Counted from the stretch's first letter, positions 8,837-16,099 are shown. The stretch is 64,000 nucleotides of DNA from a virus (IMGVR_UViG_3300036770_006434:32001-96000); one strand, 5' to 3'. Notes: generated from the letters alone by a model not told the origin. A program made the numbers and translations.

Positions 8837-9139
8837 TCAATCACTTTTCTCTGGCCGCAAGACTTGAACGGTGACAAAAGTCCCGTCATCCGGGTTCCAT
8901 ATCTCTAGTCCTACAGGCTCTCCATCGCAAATGGAAAACATCCAGCGTTTATCGTTTTTCGGGCTAACCCCCAGTCCCACCAGTATTTTATGGGCGCGGG
9001 CCACGGTGTCAAGTCCGAGACCGCAGTCACGCATCAGCTCTCTAAGTCTGGCCGCGCGGCCGGGTGAAAAGTGTCGGTCTAGGGCGGCGTCTGTGAGGGC
9101 GGGTAAATCAATGGGAGTTGGTCCTTTCATGTGGACCAC
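8837..9139 (-). CDS. hypothetical protein
   Basis: ORF directly downstream of the promoter at 9140-9167. Confidence 0.55.
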   Translation of the reverse strand: MVHMKGPTPIDLPALTDAALDRHFSPGRAARLRELMRDCGLGLDTVARAHKILVGLGVSPKNDKRWMFSICDGEPVGLEIWNPDDGTFVTVQVLRPEKSD

Positions 9140-9167
9140 ATCCTACCCTCATACGGATGTAAGTCAA
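9140..9167 (-). promoter_or_regulatory. sigma70-like promoter TTGACT-N16-TAGGAT
   Basis: read directly from sequence; same 16-bp spacing as five other sites. Confidence 0.6.
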
Positions 9168-9185
9168 GCGGATTTTGCGGCAACG

Positions 9186-9719
9186 CTACAGATCAGACGC
9201 TTTCACCCAAGTCTTGTCCCGCCATTTGGCCCGCCTCCGACCAAGTGGCAGCAATCCCTTTTTCTTCCTTTTCCTGTTCTCCTTGTCCCTCTTTTTCTTA
9301 GGCATCGGACGCACCCAGACCGCGATCCAGTTCTTGCCTGATTTCTTCTCTGGCTCCCATTCGTCATCCGGTTTTGCCATCAACTTGCGGTTATACTTTT
9401 CTGCCTTCTTCAGTCTTTCCCAATCCTTAGCGGTCACCCGACGGCCAGTAGAGTCCAACCATTTTGCGATCTCATAGAATCTTGTCCCTGTTTTTTGACA
9501 GAACTCGTGGAATTCATGATGCAAATCGGTGGCAAGTGGGATTACGTCCAGCCATATAACCTCACGGCCCAATCTACGATAGTTCAGGTGATGAAGATCA
9601 AACACGGGATTTCCCGTTACAACACAACGTCCAAATTGTAACCTCGCGGAAGAACGAAAAGAAAGCCAATGAGGTGATTCAAGATAGTCTGAATACTTTT
9701 CAAAACGACGAATAGACAT
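9186..9719 (-). CDS. HNH-type endonuclease-like protein with basic C-terminal tail
   Basis: Y..YL.S..W...R, C.V.G....LHHLNY.RLG.E. Confidence 0.6.
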   Translation of the reverse strand: MSIRRFEKYSDYLESPHWLSFRSSARLQFGRCVVTGNPVFDLHHLNYRRLGREVIWLDVIPLATDLHHEFHEFCQKTGTRFYEIAKWLDSTGRRVTAKDWERLKKAEKYNRKLMAKPDDEWEPEKKSGKNWIAVWVRPMPKKKRDKENRKRKKKGLLPLGRRRAKWRDKTWVKASDL

Positions 9720-9850
9720 GGAGTAAAATACGTTACACAGTATATCTATCTATAATGTATATGTATCTAATGTCAACCCTATTCTAATGCCAAAACCCAA
9801 TTAAAGGGGCTTAACAGCGATGGGTGAACACAGTTGTCCTACACTTTTTA

Positions 9851-10025
9851 GCCGCACCTTCACCGCTTTCGCGCTGTCGCTGCGACCCATTGCCGGGCCG
9901 CAAACGTCCTCCAAGGGCTGCCGCATCTTCACCGCTTTCGCGAAGTCGCTGCGACGCCTCGTCTAAACTGACAAGGTTCCGTTGCGTTAGCCGCACTTTC
10001 ACCGCTTTCGCGAAGTCGCAGCGAC
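9851..10025 (-). CRISPR. mini CRISPR array: 3 x 36-bp repeats, 2 spacers (33 and 34 bp)
   Basis: Repeats at 9851-9886, 9920-9955 and 9990-10025 (minus consensus GTCGCAGCGACTTCGCGAAAGCGGTGAAGGTGCGGC; 1-2 mismatches each to the consensus); unique spacers at 9887-9919 and 9956-9989; 14 bp from the stop of the RuvC gene. Confidence 0.85.
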
Positions 10026-10039
10026 TTCGTTGTCACAAC

Positions 10040-10390
10040 TCACTTCGCTTCAGCATGTTCCATCCCATTCCGCGAGCGCCACTCGTTTCCGAGGTGCAGG
10101 ACTGGCTCCGCTTGGAGGATCGGTTTCCCAACCCATTCTACGGCAGATACCTGTGTGGCGCGAGCGCCTACGGGCAACTGTTCCTGCATTGCCGCGCTCG
10201 CGGCAGATGAAACACTGTTTTCACAATGAATAGACTGAGTCGCCTCAATCCGTTTCTGGTTCACGGGGACACCGCGTGACGAAAGATTTGATTCTTTCGT
10301 CACACACCTGCGTTTGCGGCCTCTCGTGAGTTTCCCCACGACAGACGTTGAACCAGACTTGCTGACCGGGTGCGTCCCGGCCGTTTCCTT
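10040..10390 (-). ncRNA. putative omegaRNA/tracr-like scaffold overlapping the 3' tail of the RuvC gene
   Basis: perfect 11-bp hairpin at 10276-10303; complementary GCCGCGAGCGC/GCGCTCGCGG segments; the ORF tail here is low-complexity and lies beyond RuvC-III. Confidence 0.45.
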
Positions 10391-11866
10391 ATCCGTTTTG
10401 GCGGATTCCGAAATTTGTCGCTCAGTTTTTTGAGCAATTGCCTGCGCGGCCATGTAGTCGCGACCCCAAACGGACCCGCAGCAGGAGCACGTCCACTCTC
10501 GGACCGATGTATCCTTGGGGCCAGTTACGTTCTCGCACTTGATACAGGTGCGGGTCGTATAGGCTTCGTTTACTTGGACCACTGACTTTGGCGTAACACT
10601 GCGTTTGGCAAAATCCTTGAGAATACCCTCGAAGTTGGACACCGCGTTGTCGGCGTCCTTCCTGCGGGCTGCCGCGATTTCGCGCGCAGTCTTTCCGTCG
10701 CGATTCTTTTCGTGTATGGCCGCAAGTTCGCGCCCCTTGCAGTGACCGATTCCAACCGTATCAAACTGGGAAAGGATGCTCCGCGCGGACAGACGGTAAT
10801 GTTCCGTCCTGACGTTGGTCAGCCGACGGGTCATGTCGTTCATTTTACGTCGGGTCTCAATCATGCCCTTCGTCTTTTTCCAGATCAGTTTGACGCCGCG
10901 TTTGATAGACCCTTTTTCGTCGTAATTGGCGGGGTTGTTCTGCCGCATCTGTCGATCCAATTTGCGCTGTAACCGCGCTTGGCGGCGCATAAAGGCGGCG
11001 TTCCTGCAAATCGGTGGCGTCACATTGCCCTGAATCTCGCCGTCTGCCGAGCTGATGGTGATGGCGCTCGTCCGTCCGGGGTCTATGCCGGCGACCGCAC
11101 CGTTGGCGGAAGCGAAATTCTTTTGAGCCACCTCTTCCGGAACGTCCAAAAACAGGGATACGTGATAAACATCGTCCTGAACCGTGACGCCGACCTGCTT
11201 GACAACGGCTTCCTTGGGAACTTCTCGGTGCAATTTGATATCAACTCGGGAGCATGAATCTCCGAACAGGGCCGACAGATTCACTTTGTCCCCACGGATC
11301 AAGTCCAAAGCGTCCAGTCGATTGGCGGCCTGAAGGGTGCAAGAATCGCCAAAACGCTTGAATCGCGGCGCGCCCTTTTTGTTGGATGGATATTGGTCGG
11401 TAGAATCTGCAAACTTCGCCAAGATGGACTGCAAAAACGCGGACCCACCCGAAAAATCTCCCCGTTTGATACCGTTGGAAACCGTCTCCTTGGCATATGT
11501 GAGAGCCAGAGTGCGGATGGAGGCCCGCTTAGCCTTGGTCCCGTCCTTGCGCAAAATGGTATCGGCCTTTTTAAGAATCTTGCCGTTTAATTCCAGAATC
11601 GCTTCTTGGCGACTCTTGCCGGCGGCCAACATGTCGTTCAATATCTTGGCGCGGGCACCGGTATTTTTCTTCTCGGCCAGAATGGATTCAAGGTTTTTGA
11701 CGACTTCGGCCTTGCGACCGTGCGAGCATTCGGATTCCACCCATTTCATTGCGCCGACCAAAGCGTTCCAGACCTTGCGGGATTGGCGCTGGGCATCTCT
11801 GATAGCCGGAATTTGCCCATCATTTGGGTAAATCCTGTATTTGTAGATCAGCGTGGTAAGAGTCAC
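10040..11866 (-). CDS. TnpB/Cas12f-like RNA-guided RuvC nuclease (608 aa) with rearranged RuvC-II
   Basis: N-terminal YKYRIYP; GAPRFK; RuvC-I AGIDPG; bridge helix QRKLDRQ.RQNNP.NY; RuvC-II VGIGH (E absent); VNEAYTTRTC; CxxC...CxxC; RuvC-III RDYMAA.AI. Confidence 0.9.
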   Translation of the reverse strand: MTLTTLIYKYRIYPNDGQIPAIRDAQRQSRKVWNALVGAMKWVESECSHGRKAEVVKNLESILAEKKNTGARAKILNDMLAAGKSRQEAILELNGKILKKADTILRKDGTKAKRASIRTLALTYAKETVSNGIKRGDFSGGSAFLQSILAKFADSTDQYPSNKKGAPRFKRFGDSCTLQAANRLDALDLIRGDKVNLSALFGDSCSRVDIKLHREVPKEAVVKQVGVTVQDDVYHVSLFLDVPEEVAQKNFASANGAVAGIDPGRTSAITISSADGEIQGNVTPPICRNAAFMRRQARLQRKLDRQMRQNNPANYDEKGSIKRGVKLIWKKTKGMIETRRKMNDMTRRLTNVRTEHYRLSARSILSQFDTVGIGHCKGRELAAIHEKNRDGKTAREIAAARRKDADNAVSNFEGILKDFAKRSVTPKSVVQVNEAYTTRTCIKCENVTGPKDTSVREWTCSCCGSVWGRDYMAAQAIAQKTERQISESAKTDKETAGTHPVSKSGSTSVVGKLTRGRKRRCVTKESNLSSRGVPVNQKRIEATQSIHCENSVSSAASAAMQEQLPVGARATQVSAVEWVGKPILQAEPVLHLGNEWRSRNGMEHAEAK

Positions 11867-11874
11867 TTCCCACC

Positions 11875-11902
11875 ATTATACAAGAATTGTCCTTGGCGTC
11901 AA
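11875..11902 (-). promoter_or_regulatory. sigma70-like promoter TTGACG-N16-TATAAT for the RuvC gene (near-leaderless)
   Basis: perfect -10 box ends 8 nt before the GTG start at 11866. Confidence 0.75.
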
Positions 11903-11991
11903 GGGGTTTTTAAGCAGACTCAGGTCACTTTGGTCGGCTCACTTTGGAGTCGCGCCGCCTGCCAGAGCGCAAAATGATGGTGTGTAAACCC

Positions 11992-12126
11992 TTAAAACAG
12001 GAACCCGCCAATGACGAGACCCGCCAGTCCAACTGCCAACACGATCTTGCCGGAATACGACTTGCCAAGAAACGCTTGGAAATGGGAGAAAGCGGCGGTA
12101 AGGAAGGATTTCAGTTTTTCGTTCAT
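11992..12126 (-). CDS. 44-aa membrane peptide (not in the ORF track)
   Basis: MNEKLKSFLTAAFSHFQAFLGKSYSGKIVLAVGLAGLVIGGFLF; C-terminal TM helix. Confidence 0.55.
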   Translation of the reverse strand: MNEKLKSFLTAAFSHFQAFLGKSYSGKIVLAVGLAGLVIGGFLF

Positions 12127-12189
12127 GGTATCCTGAGTTACACAGAAATCCCATTGGTTTCAGCCACTATTAGCTGATCTAATGGTATG

Positions 12190-12798
12190 TTACACCAACA
12201 GGAATGGCCGCCAGTCAGGGTGTCTAACCTCCCGAATGGTGACGGAGGCCGGCAGAGCCGGAGGCGCGACTGGTTTGCGAATAAGGGCGAGGCCGACTTC
12301 GTGGTTTAACCTGTTACTCTTCATGGAGTTCAGCTTTTTGTCCGCTACCACCATGTTGCTCCATTCATCCTTGCCGCCTCGGTCCTTGGGAATGACATGG
12401 TCAATATTCAACTGGTGACGCGGCAGTTTACGGCCGGTATACTGACATACGGAATTATCCCGTGCAAATATGGCCCCGGCTGACAGGCGCGGCCTTTTCA
12501 TAGGCATTTCCCCGTAGTTTTTGCTCACGACCACGGTCGGCACCCTGATCATTCTGGTCGCAGTCCTGACGTGAAGGTCTCCCGCGCGGACCGGGAGTTC
12601 GATCCACTCATCCCAACCCACGGGATTCGCGTAAATCAATTCGCCGTTTTCCATCTGGATGTCCAGCGCCAAAACCGGGGGCTCGCCGCCGGACTCGGAG
12701 CACAGAGAGGTGATGGCGGATTTCACGGTTTTTACGGAAATCGGCTGCCACTTGGAGTTCAGGCAGAGGGTTAGATGGGAGTCTAGGATGTGTGACAC
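12190..12798 (-). CDS. HNH endonuclease (McrA-like)
   Basis: IFARD...CQYTG....NIDHVIPK.RGG...W.N.V....LN..K. Confidence 0.9.
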   Translation of the reverse strand: MSHILDSHLTLCLNSKWQPISVKTVKSAITSLCSESGGEPPVLALDIQMENGELIYANPVGWDEWIELPVRAGDLHVRTATRMIRVPTVVVSKNYGEMPMKRPRLSAGAIFARDNSVCQYTGRKLPRHQLNIDHVIPKDRGGKDEWSNMVVADKKLNSMKSNRLNHEVGLALIRKPVAPPALPASVTIREVRHPDWRPFLLV

Positions 12799-12816
12799 GG
12801 TCTATGATTTTGCGGT

Positions 12817-12844
12817 ATTCTATGGAATCGGGGTAAGAGGTCAA
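12817..12844 (-). promoter_or_regulatory. sigma70-like promoter TTGACC-N16-TAGAAT
   Basis: directly upstream of the HNH gene. Confidence 0.6.
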
Positions 12845-12859
12845 GCAGAAAAGAGAATG

Positions 12860-12949
12860 CGGTGAGCTAAGGTATCGCGCCCTAGGGCCAGAGTTACTGT
12901 CCCCCACGAAGGTTCAAACTTCGGTCAATGCTTCATTGATTAACTCACC
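12860..12949 (-). tRNA. tRNA-Ser(TGA)-like
   Basis: GGTGAGT/GCTCACC acceptor; CGAAG-TTTGAAC-CTTCG anticodon arm; long V arm; atypical T loop; no CCA. Confidence 0.6.
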
Positions 12950-12955
12950 ATAAAA

Positions 12956-13035
12956 TGGCGCAAGCGAGAGGGAATGATCCTCCATGTATCCAGTTACCCT
13001 TTCTGCGGTTTAGGAAACCGAGGGGATACGCCTGC
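12956..13035 (-). tRNA. aberrant tRNA-Arg(CCT)-like RNA lacking a normal D arm
   Basis: GCAGGCG/CGCTTGC-G-CCA acceptor; CGGT-TTCCTAA-ACCG; GTATCC/GGATAC pairing flanks the anticodon arm. Confidence 0.5.
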
Positions 13036-13045
13036 GTAAGATTGT

Positions 13046-13546
13046 CTACCGATGTGCCGCGAACCAAGCATCTCTCTCCGGCGCTCGTCGCCCGGTTTCG
13101 GCGCTCACGAAGGTTTCCATCTCCCCGTCGCGCCCCATGATGGCGTCTGCATGTTTGATCATCAGCTGGTTGGGGCACACGAACGGGCCGCGCACAGAGA
13201 CGATTAACTGATAGGCATCGGCATACGATATACCATGCCAAACTAGCCAGATAAAGGCGGCGGCGCTGGAGCGGGAAACGCCGGCAAAGCAATGGAAGAG
13301 GATACGATGATTGAGCGCAGTCTGGGCGTAGATTCCCAGTAGCCGGCGCATGGTATCCTCCGTGACCGCCTGTTTATTCGCGGGGTCTCCGGTATCGTCA
13401 AATACGAAGCTGTGCAAAGCGAAGTCCCCTTTGAAAGCGCGAATATCCGGCGCGGGCTGCCGAGAGTCGCGGATAGAGATGATGTGGTCTAGGGGAGTGG
13501 CAGCGAAGGATGGGACCTCGTGGACGCCGCAGATGAAAAGGGGCAT
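13046..13546 (-). CDS. PTP/dual-specificity-type phosphatase
   Basis: HCFAGVSRS (Cx5R) P-loop; FDD general-acid loop. Confidence 0.85.
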   Translation of the reverse strand: MPLFICGVHEVPSFAATPLDHIISIRDSRQPAPDIRAFKGDFALHSFVFDDTGDPANKQAVTEDTMRRLLGIYAQTALNHRILFHCFAGVSRSSAAAFIWLVWHGISYADAYQLIVSVRGPFVCPNQLMIKHADAIMGRDGEMETFVSAETGRRAPERDAWFAAHR

Positions 13547-13549
13547 GTT

Positions 13550-13774
13550 TTAAGGCTTTTTCTTGCGAAAAGGTCTCCAACCAAAACTTATACCAAAGTT
13601 GCGATATTGACGGCCAAAAATGTCATATTTGCTTCTGACAAAAGAAAATTCGGGTTTATACCAAAGAAAATATAGCCATTTTTGTCTAACCCAATCAGAA
13701 AATTGGCGTTTATATCCGGGTGGATAGACCGAAAGCCAAATTTGAATACGTGTTTTTAACGATAATTTTTTCAT
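13550..13774 (-). CDS. hypothetical basic protein
   Basis: 74-aa AT-rich ORF. Confidence 0.5.
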   Translation of the reverse strand: MKKLSLKTRIQIWLSVYPPGYKRQFSDWVRQKWLYFLWYKPEFSFVRSKYDIFGRQYRNFGISFGWRPFRKKKP

Positions 13775-13779
13775 AAAAT

Positions 13780-13867
13780 TGGCACGAGCGGAGGGATGTG
13801 CGCCCCCGAGGCAGCTTACGCTGCGGCACGTTAGAACCGTGGTTGGCCTTCTGACGCCGACGCTCGC
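13780..13867 (-). tRNA. tRNA-like RNA, TCT (Arg) anticodon, long variable arm, G73
   Basis: GCGAGCG/CGCTCGT-G-CCA; CACG-GTTCTAA-CGTG; V arm GCAGC-GTAA-GCTGC. Confidence 0.6.
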
Positions 13868-13872
13868 AAAAA

Positions 13873-13952
13873 TGGCACGCCCGGGAGGACTCGGACCTCC
13901 GACCTTCTGATCCGTATTCAGACGCTCTGGAATCCAACTGAGCTACGGGCGC
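13873..13952 (-). tRNA. tRNA-Arg(ACG)
   Basis: TAGCTCAG D arm; TCTGA-ATACGGA-TCAGA; CCA end. Confidence 0.9.
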
Positions 13953-14058
13953 GTAAAGTGAAAATTTCCAACGAGATACCAGAGCCAACGCCGGGACGGC
14001 GCGGCTCATCATAACTGATCGGCAAAACCTCCAAACCCAAGAAGGAGAGGAGGTCTTC

Positions 14059-14433
14059 ATGTCTACGCCGCCCGGTATGGAATACGTAAAACTGTGGATG
14101 CAGCAGAGTGCGCTATTCTGGTCTCGGCTTCAAAGTGCCACACTACTGCATACGGGGGTTCTCGCCGCGTGGTATCAAATGGGGCCGACTCACCCGCAAT
14201 TGCGTCTTGGTGTGCTATGCATGGGTGTCGCCATATCGGGGCTTCTCATAGCTATTATGGTTCGTGACGGGCAATATATGGATGCTATGAGAGATAAGGC
14301 TACCTCGGACCATTTCCCCGCGACCGGAAAGGACGCTCCGAGTGGCAGGATGTGCGGATATTTTATCGTGGCGATACCGATGTTGGCCGAGATGACGCTG
14401 GCTTTTAATCAGGTTTGCACATGTCTGAAATGA
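14059..14433 (+). CDS. multi-pass membrane protein on the opposite strand
   Basis: AGGAGG RBS; three hydrophobic segments; LFWSR motif. Confidence 0.65.
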   Translation: MSTPPGMEYVKLWMQQSALFWSRLQSATLLHTGVLAAWYQMGPTHPQLRLGVLCMGVAISGLLIAIMVRDGQYMDAMRDKATSDHFPATGKDAPSGRMCGYFIVAIPMLAEMTLAFNQVCTCLK

Positions 14434-14668
14434 TACCCCTCCATCCAGACGGTGGTCCAAAAGCTATTCGTGTCAGAAGAAGCGATCCCGCCACGAACAG
14501 CATAAGAAAAGAAAAGCAGCCGATCCAGCCGCCAGAGCCAACGCTGGGATTTGCCGTTTTCGCGACTTCACAGGCACAGGTGACGGGTTCGGCAATTTGC
14601 CCAGCGTGGCTCATCTGGGACGTTGTGAGAAAGCAGAAAAGAGCTGCGAAGATAATGGTTTTGATCAT
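14405..14668 (-). CDS. small secreted/membrane protein
   Basis: signal-like N-terminus and C-terminal TM; convergent overlap with the + gene. Confidence 0.5.
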   Translation of the reverse strand: MIKTIIFAALFCFLTTSQMSHAGQIAEPVTCACEVAKTANPSVGSGGWIGCFSFLMLFVAGSLLLTRIAFGPPSGWRGIISDMCKPD

Positions 14669-14978
14669 GAGAAGCAGTATGGTCAGGTTTGCCCACTTTG
14701 TCAAGCGCAAATCAAAGGTGCAGCTACACATCAAAGCTGCACCTAAAGTCTTCGGCCGGTGTGGAGATTCTGCGCCAAAAAGAGTCTATTCCCATTTAGC
14801 TGCACACTCCGTTTGAGGCCCATTACCCTCCCCGCGTCCCGCTGCGGTCTGCTCCTGCCGAAAGTGGAGCCACCGACAGGGGTTAACCCTGTCTCGCAAG
14901 AACACGCGACGGTGTCTGGACGAGGATTCGAGAAACGTGAGACACAAACGAGGTGTCGGGTTTTTCAGTGGCATAAAG

Positions 14979-15142
14979 TGGAGCCCCTAGGTCGGATTCG
15001 GCACCGACGACCTCGCTTGTCGCGCGTCTTCATCGCAGACCCTCAATTGATGAGTCCACTAAGAGACGCACGCTTGGGTGACCAACTGAGAAGCGCGCTC
15101 TCCTGATGACCGATATTTGGTAGGTCCTGAGCTACTGGGGGC
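14979..15142 (-). ncRNA. tRNA-Thr-like RNA with enlarged D loop and about 75-nt insert replacing the anticodon loop
   Basis: GCCCC..TAGCTCAG 5' end; GAGC; CGCTT...AAGCG stem; GAGGTCGTCGG-TGCCGAAT-CCGAC T arm; GGGGCTCCA 3' end. Confidence 0.5.
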
Positions 15143-15148
15143 GTAAAG

Positions 15149-15344
15149 TGGATGTCAGCTCTAGGCGTGCCCCTGATGGCCAGTTATTCCCCGACTTGGG
15201 CCATTCCGCGCGACCGGATTGGAGCCGGTTTCGGTGTTCACCTCTTCAGGTGCAGAACGATATAGTGTCGGGCAAGATGTCTACTGCACAGGGCACAAGG
15301 TTGGATTTCTCCGTCCAGTTGTAGACCCACGCATAGAGCTGACA
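15149..15344 (-). ncRNA. about 196-nt stem-closed RNA ending in CCA
   Basis: 11-bp perfect terminal IR TGTCAGCTCTA/TAGAGCTGACA plus GCGTG/CACGC; 3' TCCA. Confidence 0.45.
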
Positions 15345-15347
15345 AAA

Positions 15348-15423
15348 TGGAGGTCCGTGTCGGATTTTAACCGACGAATAACGCATTACAAAGGCGTTCC
15401 TGTAAACACTGAGGCAACGGACC
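15348..15423 (-). tRNA. tRNA-Thr(TGT)
   Basis: ACGCC-TTTGTAA-TGCGT; GGTCCGT/ACGGACC-T-CCA. Confidence 0.8.
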
Positions 15424-15429
15424 GAAAAC

Positions 15430-15503
15430 TGGCAGGCCCGTTCACTTGCCAGACACTTTGGAGGTGCCGGCGTCACTGTTTCGCTTCTAGTCGCACACGG
15501 GCC
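15430..15503 (-). tRNA. degenerate tRNA-Trp(CCA)-like
   Basis: GGCCCGT/ACGGGCC; GGCAC-CTCCAAA-GTGTC; T arm not recognisable. Confidence 0.45.
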
Positions 15504-15861
15504 AAGGTGCGTGGCGATTGACAGTAATCTTACATTTAATCTTTACAATGAGACGGCTCAGGTGGTGCCTGCCTTATCAATGCAGTCCATTCCAGCTTTC
15601 ACGCTGGGCAATCCCTTGTCGGGGCCTTGTGCGTGCGTCTCAAATTGGTGGGGCCTGCCGCACCGGTAGGGTGCAACTATCGGAGGGTCCCACTCCGTGA
15701 TGCTGTTTCAGGTCGCTTATCCATTCCCTAACGATGGCCTAGCCAAAACTATACTTCGCTATCTCGGCTCTGGTTCAGGATACCCTCAATGACAGTAAAA
15801 GTGAATAAAGCGGAACTGCACGGTAAATGCGCGCTGTGTATCGTGCTTGACGTGTGTAGAA

Positions 15862-15939
15862 TGGTGCCCACGGTGTTGGTTGCAAACACACTGTGCGGAT
15901 TTTGAATCGTCGCCGCCTCTCCTCTTGGGCTACGTGGGC
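15862..15939 (-). tRNA. tRNA-Leu(CAA), short V arm
   Basis: GCCCACG/CGTGGGC-A-CCA; TTCAAAA loop with weak stem. Confidence 0.6.
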
Positions 15940-15944
15940 AAAAA

Positions 15945-16018
15945 TCGCGATGAGGGTGGTTGCAACCCTACTGACAGAATGTTTAAGATTCCGGCCTCTA
16001 CTCTTGGGCTACATCGCG
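15945..16018 (-). tRNA. tRNA-Leu(TAA), short V arm
   Basis: GGAAT-CTTAAAC-ATTCT; CGCGATG acceptor; no CCA. Confidence 0.7.
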
Positions 16019-16025
16019 GAAAGAT

Positions 16026-16099
16026 TGCCCTCGGCTGTGGTTGCAACAGCACTGTTATCCTCCTAAGGGATACGTCTCCTACTCTTGGACTACGAGGGC
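16026..16099 (-). tRNA. tRNA-Leu(TAG), short V arm
   Basis: TATCC-CTTAGGA-GGATA; GCCCTCG/CGAGGGC; no CCA. Confidence 0.75.

Noticed and set aside
9851-11866. Ordinary IS200/IS605 or IS607 element
   Set aside because: No Y1 or serine transposase is adjacent, and the downstream repeats are regular 36-bp units with unique 33-34-bp spacers. A derived non-autonomous origin remains possible.
11939-12154. 71-aa ORF from the track
   Set aside because: An overlapping 44-aa frame (11992-12126) with a clear TM helix and ATG start is the better gene call.
13810-13840. Amber suppressor (CTA) reading of the 13780-13867 tRNA
   Set aside because: The only pairing stem (CACG/CGTG) centres TCT, not CTA. Stop codon use in the ORFs looks standard, so there is no sign of recoding.
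15100-15135. Hammerhead ribozyme core (CTGATGA)
   Set aside because: No GAAA follows stem II; the sequence is better explained as the antisense of the tRNA-like D arm.
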